From: Octopus sinensis
Lineage: Eukaryota
Direction of reading: 5' to 3'
Assembly (NCBI RefSeq): GCF_006345805.1
Contig: NC_043005.1
Location: 66,216,001 to 66,280,000 of the forward strand
Length of the DNA: 64,000 bases
The notes beneath the pieces were generated by a model. The model saw nothing but the letters and a program-made list of their open reading frames with translations. It was not told where the DNA came from and ran no database searches. Position numbers and translations under genes: made by a program. Below, piece by piece: positions 25,112 to 39,298 of the stretch; positions within the stretch are counted from its first letter, which is position 1, and every line of letters begins with the position of its first letter.

Positions 25112-27096
25112 CGCACACACAAACATGTGGACGTATTCATATGTAAGGTTTTAGACTGGTCATGCGTATGCGCGTGTATGTCAGAATATATGTTCATTAT
25201 TCGTAATACCAACAATCCCGCTTAGAATATAAAATATGATTAGTGCATAGAAATATGCAGTTGCACACTTACCATTTAAAAGAAAACGTTGCCACAGCTT
25301 CTTAAATTAATTTTGATGTAAATTCTAGAATTAACTAGTTAATGAAAATTGCAACCTCACGTCATATGATGAATCTACTTAAGTTTTATATACAGTGAGG
25401 GCTATCTACCACTGAATGCAAAATATTGGCCCCCATTGTAACGCGCATACACACATATACACAAGCATATACACTCAAGTAAATACGCATATACACACTG
25501 TCCTGCATGCAATGCAATATTTTATGTGTGAACGTGTAAAGATAACACCGAGTCAAAAACAACCCAGCTTAATTTTTTTTCTGTTCAGCAAATTTCTGAC
25601 AAAGGATGAAATGAAGAAATATACTTTTGCTTTTTGTAGATAATCGATGAGGTTATGAATATCCACATAAGCTTCTTTCTCGACAGTGACGTAAACTCCG
25701 ATTCCTAATGATTATTGGTTAGTTTAGAAGTCTAAGTCTTAATTGTACATCCGAAATATTTCACCTCAAATGTGCGATATACGAATACAAGTCTGCTCAT
25801 TGTTGTAAAGTGTAACGACAGCTGAAGATATGTAACCTGTCTTCTCTGGTCTGTTTGAATGTGTTTTAATTTGTCGTCTAGGCTCTGTTATATTGTGTGC
25901 CTATCCATATATAAGATAAAACGGCTGTGAGTCGTTCTACTTTGTCATGCGAACATGTTTATTTCCTTAATTTTTATGTTAACTTTATGTTTTATTGAAT
26001 AAAGAGATACAAACAAAGAGTTCAAATTTGGTATGTGAATAACATATGATACCATGCGAAAATATTTTGGCATCAATACACCCAGGGAAAAAAATATATA
26101 TCAAATATAATGGTAGAGTGAAACCAGTAAGGAAATTTAAAGACAGGGAGAAAAAAAAAGAAAGAAAAACAAACAAAAGGAAACCAAGAATGCATGAAGG
26201 GAACTGATTAAATGAAATAATAGTCAAGAAAAATGGCAAAAAGCTTTAAGAAGTATAAATAGAAATAACAAAGAAGGTATGAACAATATTAAAGGATTAT
26301 AAGACGTAAAGTTTTGGTCCCAATTAGCACATATGTAGACACACGTCCACACATATGGAGATACACATCCATACATACAAACACAGTACATAGTCGCAAA
26401 ACCTTATACACACACAGAGACACACTCAGACATACACGCCCCAGGAGACAGAGGTACACACACACACACGCATACATGCAATTCTAATTGATTTGTTGTT
26501 GATTTCATGGGCCTCAACAATAATTGTTGATTACCTGGGTTCATGTTTACAACTTGGTTTCATTCCTCACTTGTTATTGATTATATGCATAGGCATAAAG
26601 CATCTGAAGCAATATGGGATGTGAACACGGGATTGAGTAAGATTCCATTTTTCTCTGTTGACTGGTATAGGATCATAAATTCAGAGAAAACCGAAAGCCT
26701 GTAGTCATCTTTAAAAGATGACAGAAATACATACGTACATACATGCATACCCACAAGACCAACATTGTAGGTGGCCGGTCAAAATTTACTCTAAATTAGA
26801 ATGGGAAAGAGAAGAGCGTATATACGTAATCGCGAACGCATATAATTGACAACTATAGGCACTGAAAAATAAGACTACTTTTTTCCATAGACTGAAACAG
26901 CTGTAAGAGTGATTTTAATGATTTACATAATTTATATTAAGATTTTTATAATTGCATTCGTATCTTATATGTATTGAATTATAATGTATATGTGTACGTT
27001 ATTAAGGTTCTCATTTTTGTTAAATGAATAAGTCAACATTCTAATATCTGAAAGCTGATGAACCAACTAAATTGTTTCTCAATTTTCTTATTTGTG

Positions 27097-27133
<37 letters not shown>

Positions 27134-28237
27134 ACTACGATGAGCAGTTTAATTTTGCATGCTACAAATAAACATTTACAGTTTAATATGTTTACGTAAT
27201 ATGTTAGGGCTTACGTCAGTCAAACTCTAAATGTGGGAAGTATTTCAAAAATTTGTTCGCTTAAAATCAGCTCTAATGATTTTTCTTTACTAATCCGTGT
27301 CTGTTTCCGATCGTCTTTTACTGAGTATTCTTGTTCTCTCACACTCTGTTTCCTTTAACAGTTCAAATTTATTTGTATATATTTTAATCTTATATATATA
27401 TATTTTTATTTGTACGAATACTTTCTTTCATTCTCTCCTCCCACCGTAGACTTAACTATTTTGATTTTCGATCCAGTTTCACTAGTTTTCGTTCATTTCA
27501 GATGAGAATAACATATATCGACGCTAGACATACGCTACAACACACCTGAACACATAGAAATACAGTAATACCACGCTATAACAAACACACGCACGAACAC
27601 ATACACGCATCCAAATACACACACACGTACACACGCATATTCGTACATACATACATACATATGTACTTACATACATGCATACATATATTGATGTTGAAAT
27701 TCCAATGAAGGAGCCTTGGATCTAGGTTAGAAACCGGTTCTTTTTTGGCAAGAAATCATACATACATAGGAAGGATAACCCTGAGGATAAAGAAATAACA
27801 ACTCACAGCATGGTAGACGCCATAGCCACTCATAATAAAACGAAGTACTAGCGGAATGTCTCAGTGAAGACCTCAATAAAATGTAAACATATTAGACCTG
27901 TTATAATGATTTGAGATAAAGAACAGAAACTATTAACATAAACGTATACACACACACACACACCACACATACACACACACATATATATATATATATACAT
28001 TTGACTATGTGTACTTATATATATAGATGGACGTATAAGAGTCTATATGCATACTTAGAACATGCAACCACCAAATGACACATTAAAATTGTTCCAGGAT
28101 ATCATAAGCCAGTACCCGGTTTTCCCTGGTGTCCTACAAGTTACACGTTGGAATACCTAGATTCCAACGAATCCTGCAACTAGACATTGTATGTAAGTCT
28201 CTCTCTCTATGTATATATATATATATATATAATATAT

Positions 28238-28271
<34 letters not shown>

Positions 28272-28898
28272 CGCAAATGAAGACTGAAACACATGACCAT
28301 ATACACACCCAATTCACTTCACACAAGGACACATATGGAGACACACGTACACACATATGGACATACACATCCATAATCCATACATACAAACACAGTACAT
28401 AGTCACCCCCCACAAACACTCAGACATGTACACACAATGAGACAGAGGTACACACACACGCATACATGCAAACACACACACATACACACACATACACACA
28501 CACACACACACAAAACACACAAACACGAACATACAAGCAAATGAATATGCAGAAAACATACATACAAACGTACACATATGCATACATATATACATACGCA
28601 CACACTCATACATACATGCATACACACACTTACATGCATTGCATACATACATACATACATACATGTGTAAACGCACACACACACTGACCCACACACATGT
28701 GCACAAACAAATAAAAGAACGCAGCTTGAATAACGGACAGAGTCAACAACTATTGAAAAGGTTGCAAGACACAACGAACAATTTTTAGAAAAATAAATAA
28801 GTAAATGAATGGATATTTTAGCGGTGAGTGTCTTAAACTATAAGGCACTAAAATTGAATGACTCTCCCCAGACACAACAGTATCTATCTATCTATCTA

Positions 28899-28929
<31 letters not shown>

Positions 28930-28933
<4 letters not shown>

Positions 28934-29320
28934 TTTTATTCTTTTATTCTTTTAGTCATTTGACTGCAGCCATGCTGGAGCACCACCTTTAGTCGAGCAA
29001 ATCGACCCCCGGGACTTATTCTTTGTTAGCTTACAACCTACTTATTCTATCGGTCTCTTTACCGAACCGCTAAGTAACGGGGATGTAAACACACCAGCAT
29101 CGGTTGTCAAGCGATGTTGGAGGACAACCACACTCGCACGCACACACACATACACACACACATAAGACGGACCTCTTTAAGTTTCCGTCTACCAAATCCA
29201 CTCACAAGGCTATGGTCTGCCTGAGACCATAGTAGAAGATACATGCCCAAGGTGCCACGCAGTGGGACTGAACCCGGTACAACATGGCTGGTAAGCAAAC
29301 TAATTACCACACAGCCACTC
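28930..29320 (-). mobile_element. SINE family B
   Basis: gtcatttgactgcagccatgctggagcacc ... ccacacagccactcctat. Confidence 0.85.
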
Positions 29321-29333
29321 CTATATATATATA

Positions 29334-29381
<48 letters not shown>

Positions 29382-29382
29382 A

Positions 29383-29413
<31 letters not shown>

Positions 29414-29600
29414 TGTGTGTGTGTGTGTGTGTATGACGGGCTTCTTTCAGTTTCTGTCTTCCAAAGCCACTCACAAGTCTTTGGTCGACCCGAAGCTATA
29501 ACAGAAGACACTTGCCCAAGTTGCCACACAGCAGGACTGAACAAGGAACCATTCAGTTGGGAAGCAAGCTTCTTACCACACTGCCACTTCTGCGCCTATA

Positions 29601-29649
<49 letters not shown>

Positions 29650-29851
29650 ACACACACATAAGACGGACCTCTTTAAGTTTCCGTCTACCAAATCCACTCA
29701 CAAGGCTATGGTCTGCCTGAGACCATAGTAGAAGATACATGCCCAAGGTGCCACGCAGTGGGACTGAACCCGGTACAACATGGCTGGTAAGCAAACTAAT
29801 TACCACACAGCCACTCCTATATATATATATATATTATATATATATATATAT

Positions 29852-29884
<33 letters not shown>

Positions 29885-30102
29885 TGTGTGTGTGTGTGTG
29901 GTGTGTGTGTGTATGTGTGTGTGTGTGTGTGTGTATGACGGGCTTCTTTCAGTTTCTGTCTTCCAAAGCCACTCACAAGTCTTTGGTCGACCCGAAGCTA
30001 TAACAGAAGACACTTGCCCAAGTTGCCACACAGCAGGACTGAACAAGGAACCATTCAGTTGGGAAGCAAGCTTCTTACCACACTGCCACTTCTGCGCCTA
30101 TA

Positions 30103-30165
<63 letters not shown>
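29162..30165. repeat. ~500-bp tandem duplication of two SINE B heads plus microsatellites
   Basis: Units start at 29162 and 29658; the non-microsatellite parts are identical by eye. Confidence 0.9.
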
Positions 30166-30186
<21 letters not shown>

Positions 30187-30863
30187 CATATATATATAGA
30201 GAGAGAGAAACAGATAGATAAATTCGATATATATATATATATGTATATATAAAAGGAGTAGTTGCAGCAATAACCAGAAAATAGGCGTTGTAATAAATAG
30301 TAAATTACTTTACGAAAAAAACAGAACGTAATGATACATATCAGTTAAAGTAAGATAGAACGGCCAGGCAGCGAAAGAGTTGCTCACTTACATAGAGAAG
30401 ATAGAAAGAAATAGAGGGGAAGTAGAATGAGAGAGATAGAAGGAAATAGGAAAGAGAAAGAAAGGCGAAGAGAAAGAAAGTGAAAGTAAGAAAGAAAGAA
30501 AGAAAGAAAGAAAGAGGGGAAAAAGATAGAGAAACTTTTGCAGCAGAAGAGACAGAGAGTGTGTTACATTTGACTTATGAAAGGGAAAACCTACACCGAA
30601 TCAGTGTAGAATAGTGAGGAAGTAATATGATTTTATTAGAAATGAGAGAGAAAATCAATGTGGCGAGGCAGTAGTGGGTGGGGATGAAATGAAAAAATTG
30701 CGGATGCAGAAAGGATGAAGAACGACAGGTAAACAAGGATGGTAAAATTCGTTGCATAGAAAATTATGTGTGTGAATGTGTGTGTATGTGTGTGTGTGTG
30801 TAGGCACATATATTTATATACATAATATATATATATATGCTTGTGTGTGTATGTGTGTGTGTA

Positions 30864-30895
<32 letters not shown>

Positions 30896-30949
30896 AGGCG
30901 TATCATTCTGTAAAAACCTTCTGCAAAATGAAGCCAGGAATTTAAGATC

Positions 30950-32200
30950 CATGGTGCAAATTGTGTACCAGGCACACCAAAATGATTTTCGTCTAAATAA
31001 GAGACAGCACTAGATTTCATAACCGAAGACCTAAGAAAGAACGAATTAGAATGAAGAGGTGGAGAAATATGGAGGAGAAAAGGTATCATAAATCAGCTGA
31101 GCTTGGAATTTCGGAAAAAAATTGATCCAGTGCCGCTTAAAAGAAGCCATCAGAAAAAAAAAGCAGGGAAGAAGAGAGAGGTGAAAGCAGAGGGAGGCAT
31201 TTTTTAACAACTCCTTCCAATCACAGCTGATCGTTTTCAAAACCTAGAAGAAACTTTCCACTCGAAGATTCTTCTTTGCAGCTGCCTACGCTAAATAAGG
31301 CAGTAATGGCAAAAAGTCGGTTAATGGTGTACTCTCATACCATCTAACATGACGTACAAGATCTATGAAAAAATTTAGAAGATAAGAAACAAGAACTGTG
31401 GCTCTGTACGTTGGCAGAACGTTGCCGTCGTCTGAAATCTTAGGACTCGGTAGGTTCCGTCTGAAAGGTTATCATTGCTAAATTTTGACATATCTATGCG
31501 CCATTAAGTACATTGATGTGACTGTGAAAATCGAGGGAGTTCCAGGAAGCTGTGATTGTCTTATGGATTCATCAGGCATCAACCAGATCATTAAGAAAGC
31601 AACGATAAAAGACAATAAACTCGTGTATGGCTGGATACATATCCAAATGTGCCAATCCATAATTTGCTGGAGAACCACTGAGAAAGATGGCTGCAGAGCG
31701 ATATACGGAATTCATCGCAGGCAAAACTCCGAACTCGGTATGCGATCTCGCTGAAGAAGATGGTTATGCGGTTAGATATTAAATTCACAGCAGGGAAATC
31801 TTAGAAGCTGAGTATTCTGAAAAAAAGGTTCACTAACAGCATTTGCAGAGATGAAAGGTCTGAGCTTTCAACAATTCAAGAGAAAAGAATTCTGTACCTT
31901 GAGAAGAATTATTACTACAATCTGAAGAACAAGGGCTATGCCAAAGACACTATGACCCAACTAAATAACTCGCTCAGGGTAGTTGATAAGAGACAGCTAC
32001 CCATAGAATGTATCTTGTAGTGCTTGCAGTTCAGCATCATACCCAAAGTGCAATGGCCATTTCTGCTTTACGACAGCCCTTTGCCACAGTGGGAGTCAAT
32101 GAACAGAATATGCACTTAATTCGCCCGAAGATGGTTGGGGCTTCACCAGCTTTCTACTCTATGAACCTGCGTAGTAAGACTTCCAGGCTTCATTAAGCCT
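30950..32200 (+). mobile_element. HERO/NeSL/R2-group (RLE-type) non-LTR retrotransposon RT relic
   Basis: GVPGSC, VWLD (31625), KFTAGKS*KLSILKKG, and one frame from 31871: IQEKRILYLEKNY...VDKRQLP...CLQFSIIPKVQWPFLLY...RRWLGL with internal stops; matches recalled HERO-type motifs IQEKPVKSLGRWY, IDKSQLPG, QFGLIPRLLWPL, RKWLGLP. Confidence 0.75.
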
Positions 32201-35099
32201 CCTAAAGCAAAAGAAGCAGTGCGGGGGGGGGGGTGTTTCGCAATTATTAAAAATCCAGTCTATTTTATCTGACGTCTTAAATTTGTCGTATGTATGACAA
32301 GATTTGATATATATCCATCGTATATGAGGAATTCATATAACTATTTTCAACAACATGAGAAGTTCATATAACTATTTTGCGACAGAATGATTTGTCATAG
32401 AACAATGACTTCCTTCATTATTATATCAATAACTATCTCGTTTATAGTTGTTCGTATTTTCTGAATTCTAACGCTGTCAGTAAAACACTCCTAAAAATGG
32501 AATGGCAACATTTTCGAATATCGAACTCAACAAATCTGAAGTTGTACATCTCATCGATACTACTGCATTTTTTAGTATCGTCGATAGAGCGACTCCATTG
32601 TGTTTTGTGCGTTACGCGTCTAACTGTTATGTTTATTGCTGACTATAATCACTTCACTTGTCGTTTATTGATCAATCTACATTTCGGAATAACTATAAAT
32701 TTGCCATTTTGATTCTTCCGTTTAATATACGGTTTATGAAAACTGAGGCGTGCTACACGATCTTCAGTTTTTAACTGTGTAGCTAAAACATTCACCACGT
32801 CATTTATTACAGTGTGTATGTTTTGCTTTGGTTTTATATATATATATATATATATACTGTATCTATTTCTCGACGTATTGTTTAATTTTAATTTTAATCA
32901 TGTTTCAATGAATCGATTTCAAAATTTCTCAGGTATTGTTGTAGGTTATTTTGTTCCTTTTTTAAATAGAAATTAAAGTCTGTAGATGAATTGGTCATAT
33001 CTTTGCCGAATAAAAATGCAATTTCCATTTCATTTTGATAATATATCTTTATTTTATTCATTAGATCCTTCGTTTATTGTTTTCGCTATGGTATGACGAG
33101 GATTTTCAATGAAATAATCATTGAATCTGTGTTCTTAACGAAATCTGAAAAGTTTTGTTCTTTTCATCTATTATTCTAATTATTCAATTATTTTCTGTCT
33201 TCTTATTTTGCATACATGTTTCGAACTTTGAAATCTGTGAGAAACTGCTGTATTTTGGCGAAAAATTTGAAGGAAAATTTGAACACATTTGTATGAATAT
33301 AGACAGATGCAGAATTATCATCTTTTTGGGTTGTCGTAGAAACATTCATCATTAGGATGGATTTGAGTAAAAAAAAAAGGTAAAATAAGTGCTGAGTGGA
33401 AAATATTATAATTAATACGTAAAATGTTGCTATAGAAACAATACCAGTTTATCGTAAAAGCGACCTCCTTCTCCCCCTTCTCTTCCTCCTCATCCTCCTC
33501 CTCCTTCTTCTTCTTGCTATCCTATTATAGGGTTCAGTTCCACTATTGTAGTTTCCATACCTTAACGTACGACATATTTATTTCTGTTGACAATTACCGT
33601 GAAATATTCCCGTACGTAAAACTATTGCATTTAGATTGAGGTTAAAATCTGGCATTTGACACAATATTAATTTCTTTTAAAGAATGAAAATATTGTTGCA
33701 TAGCAAAGATTTATCTTCTGACAAACAAACAACGACATGAATATGCTTTGCTCCTATTCCATGATTTATTCTGTAAGTTTCCATATGCGTTTCGTAAATG
33801 AGAACTGCTACCTTCGGTGGAAAAGGAAGAAACGTAATTTATGCTTGTAACAATAGTCTTCGATTCGGAATTATACTATGTGTAAAAGTACAGAAATCAG
33901 ATGAGTGGAATATGCAAATGAATTAAACATTTAAAATATACCACTGTACGAGAAGGTGCTGAAAATTGTCTTGAAAGGTCTGTTTGTAGGCCCAACCTTC
34001 CAAGTCCTTTTACAGAGTTTATAAAGACCTAAGTGTGTGAATCTGAGAGGAGAAAACGTTGAATAAAATCATAATTAAATAATCCTCTTGCATTTTCTTT
34101 TCCCCAAAGCGGGGAACTTTTCAATACTCCCTCGTTATATTCAGTTTATTTGTAGCTACAGTGTCGCAAGAGACCTACTATAGAAGAAAATCCTGAAATC
34201 GTAGCATTCGACAATAAAGGAATTTCAGCCTCGATCTAGATCAAGTTATTTTTATGAGCGCAAACGTTTTGTAGTCATCTTTAGTACACGTATTAATCTT
34301 ATGATTATGGAGTGCTCAAACTTTCTTCTACCGAGACAGAGACAGTTCTTCGCTATTATAATCCAACACCAAAGCTTAAATATATCTACTGTACGAAGTG
34401 GTATCTAATGATTATAATATTGCAATGCTCAAATTACTTTCTATTATTCAGTGTTTATTTACATCCATTTTGCAGTGTTGTACCAGCTAGGAGCTTTTTG
34501 GTTAATAAAACCAATGTCGTCTGCTATATGAAGTTTCTATATATTTGACGTTTCAGTCAGGCAACAGTTATCAACAAATATAAACGTCAAAAATTTGACA
34601 TCACTTTTACTCATAAGCATTTCATTGGATGTCACAGTCGCGTTCAACCCATGCATAAATTAAATTGTGAGTGCATTATTGCCACAGAATAAGACAAGTA
34701 ATTTCGGGAAAAGGGAGATAATTAATTGATGAAGTCAGACTGATCTGACAATAGTCCTCAAAGAAAGATAACTGCACTTTGGCTCTGCAATCCACTTCGA
34801 AGTCATTGAAAATAATATATCAAAGGGAGACAATAAAGGGGAGATAATTTCAGAGTAGTTATAAACCTAAAAGCTTGAGAATGAATAGTGCCTTTGAAAA
34901 GATATTAGAACAAATGAAATAATTTACAATAGACATGAAAAATTAATATTCAGGAAATAATTTTTATTCCCCTTAATGCAACGTTATCAAAAGTAACCAA
35001 CTCAATATGTAATATGATCGAATATCATTAAATAAGTAATAAACTGCGGTTTTATTCATTCGGATTTACTATAATAAGTTTTAGATTAAATTCTTTAAT

Positions 35100-35690
35100 G
35101 CATGAATGGATGGAAATATTACATAGGAAATATTAGATTTCGTTGATTGATACCTGCTACATGTATGAGAAAACAAAAGGAAATTCGCTAAAATAGGACT
35201 ATACAGAGATGACGGATGCTGCCATCTATGTATAACCCACCCATGAACAAATTTTTAAAGATATTAATAGTTAATTGCAAAAAATATTATCTAAAATTTA
35301 TAATAGTTGTTAATCTGAAAATAATAAATATTTTAGATATAACACTTAAACTTCAATACAAGTAAATGATGAGAGCCACGTGAAGAAACAAAATACATAA
35401 TAATTCCATTGACTCACCAAATATTATACAGTACATTAAAGATAACATTAGTAGACTCATTCCTAGCTATTGATCAATTGACGATATATCTATTAAATAT
35501 ATTTTATACTATAACAATGCCTTAGTATGAAGGGTTTCAATTATAAACTAACGGATATAAAAATCCACGAACAATTACTAGCAATAGGAAACAGAAAAAT
35601 GATATGGTAAAATCCACCGTATAACATAAATGGTTTCGAAGATATATCATGGTATTTCCTAATCATAAAATATTCCCATTTCCCTGCTTC
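35100..35690 (+). mobile_element. Penelope-like RT relic, highly degenerate
   Basis: IGLYRDDG (35192-35215), ILDITL and KMIW*NPPYN, matching GLYRDDG, NFLDVTL and WFNPPY motifs. Confidence 0.7.
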
Positions 35691-36773
35691 ACATTGATGC
35701 TACTATTGTTTTAATAATAATTATGTTGAAGCCATCAATGGTTGTTTGAAAAATATAGTGTGACATATTTCCAACTTTATAAGAAGGCAGCACATGAACA
35801 TGTCTTTAAAGCAACAATACCAGTTAAAAATCTTCCTGTATAGTGTCACTATGGAATTTCTTAACGTGTCATAAAAAATCATATAACGAATTAACTAACC
35901 ACTGCTTCAAGACCTGATTATACACAATATGCTTGTTCGTTTACTTAAAACAGTAAAAGACATTCCAATCCATTATTAATACAAATGTAGCAGTTAAACT
36001 GCACAAGTATAAGCAACCTTGAAATTCAATGTAGAAGAATTATAAAGATAAAACTACGTAACAGCCGCAGCAATGGTTGAAATACGAGCGCAATGGAAAG
36101 GATGAAAATAATTCATTTGGTAGCCAAATTCTTGAATAAGAAGGAAGAAACATATGCATCTGGATCTGAGACCTTTCAAATATAATCTCGTATCACACAC
36201 ACACACACATACATACACACACATACACACGCACACACACACACACATGCACGCATGCACGCACACGCACGCACGCATGCTAACACAAATCGATCACGAA
36301 ATATCGAGGGGACTACTGTGAAACTGTCATCTGAACGAAACGTCAGACACGCGTGGTAATCCGAGTAGTCGCGCAGAATTTATCTGCTCAATAATTTCAA
36401 TAATTATGACCATATAATATTTAGGATCGACAAAATCTAACCCCAGCCACACATGTATGTACATATATATATATATATATATTCATATATACATATTCAT
36501 ATATACAGGTACGATTGATAAATTGTCTCCATTATATATTTTTAATTTCACGCATGTGTATTGTTTGTTTTTGATTCTGTCGTCTACACACTTTAGTAGG
36601 GTCAGCTGGGCAACGTGTCTGAGAAAAACAGCACCATAACGCAATTCACTGTGCCACGAATTTGGAAACGACTAGGCTGACAAAAAATGAGTCCTGGGTC
36701 TAGTTCTTTGACTAAAAGGCAGTGTACCAGCATGGCCGCAGTCAAAATGACTGAAACGTGTAAAAGAATAAAA

Positions 36774-36816
<43 letters not shown>

Positions 36817-37027
36817 TATATATATATAATTAATAATATCAAAGTGTAATCAGAAATATTTGAAATTTCTATTACCAGTGGCCTAGAGTGTAAAAATATT
36901 TAGTCAATAGACTATATATTATTATATACAGTGTGTATTTAAACACGTAAGAGGTATCCATCATAAGATTCCTTGCACGCTAGTAGGACAGTTAAATTCC
37001 AAACTACTATTAGGGATAAAATTTCGT

Positions 37028-37460
37028 AGGGAATGAAAAATATAAACATTTACCATCTAACTCCTGGGCTAATGGCTGCAGACATTTTTAGCAAGTAAAA
37101 TAATTTGCTAGGCGAAGTTTTCTTCAGCAGGTACACCTTAGATTAAATATATATCCACGAGGCAATCCAGTATATGCTCCTTGCTTATAAATTCTAACTT
37201 TTCAAATCTACCACGCAAGTGGAGCCCCTTGTCAGCAGTAAATAAAATGCCGGCTTTTCGTTTCGAAAATTATCCAGAAAAATTATCAATAATAAATAAT
37301 ATCAAAGGGCATTCAGAAATATACCCACGTTTATATATATTTAATCTAAGATGTACCTGCTGAAGAAGACTTCGCCTAGCAAATTATTTTACTTGCTAAA
37401 AAGAGTCTGTAACCATTGGTCCAGGTTTTAGATAGTAAATGTTTTTATTTTTTATTCCCT
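37028..37460. repeat. Foldback/MITE-like element with ~127-bp inverted arms
   Basis: 37028-37154 is roughly 85-90% identical by eye to the reverse complement of 37333-37460; spacer ~180 bp. Confidence 0.85.
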
Positions 37461-37995
37461 TCATACAAACACACACACTCATAATGCCTCCATTAGGAGA
37501 TGCCCATTTCCTATTGCATTATAAAGAATACCTAGACGATGCTGAATACAACGAAAAAAATGTAAAGTTGTAATTGTGTTAATGTATAATATGCTTCATT
37601 ATATTTATAATGTTTAGAGACAAAGAAATATAAAACGTATATGCCCAGGTGAAGTTTGTTTTGGAAAACAAAAAATTACAACCAATAATTTGCACAAATG
37701 TGGGTATACATCTACAGAAGAGACTTATGTGACCAATCATCAAGGGACATTCTACTTGGTCATTCGGCAGGCTAGATATAGAAGCTAATTCTCTTTCAAC
37801 TCAAGCCCTAATATCTGAATAGATACATTTCATAATAAGTGTAGGAGAACATGAAGGATGATCGCAGTGTTAATAACATAATACACGTGTTTATATATAA
37901 GAAATATAATTTTGAAGATAATTGAATAAAAATATAAACTTTGAATTATTAAAGTTGACCCAACACCAGAGCGCAATGTTGAAGTGTAAACTTAC

Positions 37996-38043
37996 CTCCG
38001 ACCAGGAGTTTAAATCATTATCATGCACACCATTCTCTGAAAA
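37996..38043 (-). CDS. Candidate micro-exon, copy 1 (48 nt FSENGVHDNDLNSWSE, or 41 nt from the inner AG)
   Basis: atatttacag|ttttcag|agaat...tcggag|gtaagt; only one reading frame open; host gene unknown. Confidence 0.35.
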
Positions 38044-38473
38044 CTGTAAATATCAAATATGGCGGCAGTTAGAGGACTTATTCTCTACTTTTATCAAAAG
38101 ACTAACGAAAGCAGCGAAGACATTAATTTCATTACTTTTCAGTAAGTAGAATAACAAAAACCATAAATATAAATAATTGCTTCAAATTTAATATTAGACC
38201 AGCAACTTTAGAGGGATAAAAAAAAAGAGATCCCAGTAGTTTACCTTATTGACCCACGAAGGGATGAAAAGTCAAGTATTCTTCAGTTCAATTTGAATAT
38301 AGACCTGAAAGAAATGACGCTGTTTGATGCGTTAACAATTCACCGCTCGCTGTCTTACAACAAACTGATGATAAAATATTTTACAATTGGGTAATAAAGT
38401 GTGACCTATATTCAGGAGCGGATGTAAAAGCGTGTTCAGTCTCACTGCATGGCACCATGTTGCAAGTGAGTTC

Positions 38474-39045
38474 TACGAGGAGTGTATAAAAAGTTTTGAG
38501 CCTATCCTAGAAACGGGGCTGCTAGGTAGCTGACACAATTTTTTCTGGTAAGTACAGTCTTTTCGGAGTATTCTTGCTCATTTTCCTGATTCTGATATTT
38601 TAATTTTTTTGTTAAAGATTTTTGAATAAACAAGTGTCGAGATTACAAGGAAGATGAAGAAAAGTGAGTACCTTCATTTGAAAGGCATGACTCCATCAGA
38701 AATCCATGAAGATATGGTGAGAACCTTAACAGACAATGCTCCTTCATATGCAACAGTCAAACGTTGGATAAATGATTTCCCGCGTGGCAGATGATCCCAC
38801 ACCAGGGAGGCCTCCAACTGCAACCACCGGGGACAACATTGACCTTGCTCTTGATATGTTAATGCAAGATCGTCGAATGTCATGTCGCCAGATAGCTGAG
38901 AGGCTGGGAATCTCAAATGAAAGAACAGACAACATTGTGACAAAAGAACTTGGGTTCTCAAAGGTTTCTGCAAGGTGGGTCTCTTGCCTTTTGACTCCTG
39001 AACAGAAACGCACCAGGTGCACTTTGTCCACGAGCAATCTGGAAC
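38474..39045 (+). mobile_element. mariner transposon, 5' TIR plus N-terminal transposase, truncated
   Basis: TA then cgaggagtgtataaaaagttttgagcct TIR; YLHLKGMTPSEIHEDM...SYATVKRW, then DDPTPGRPPTA...DRRMSCRQIAERLGIS...LGFSKVSARWV (HTH and the WVPxxL-like motif). Confidence 0.9.
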
Positions 39046-39250
39046 TTCAGCTCAAGCCCTAATATCTGAATAGATACATTTCATAATAAGTGTAGGAGAA
39101 CATGAAGGATGATCACAGTGTTACTAGCATAATACACGTGTTTATATTTGTGTAAGAAATAAGATTTTGAAGATAAATGTATAAAAATGGAAAGTTTGAA
39201 TTATTAAAGTTGACCCAACACCAGAGCGCAATGTTGAAGTGTAAACTTAC

Positions 39251-39298
39251 CTCCGACCAGGAGTTTAAATCATTATCATGCACACCATTCTCTGAAGA
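39251..39298 (-). CDS. Candidate micro-exon, copy 2 (48 nt SSENGVHDNDLNSWSE, or 41 nt)
   Basis: atatttacag|tcttcag|agaat...tcggag|gtaagt; differs from copy 1 at one base. Confidence 0.35.

Noticed and set aside
34156-34239. Possible terminal exon LQCRKRPTIEENPEIVAFDNKGISASI* after ttatttgtag
   Set aside because: Short, no recognisable domain and no linkable upstream exon; expected by chance in 64 kb
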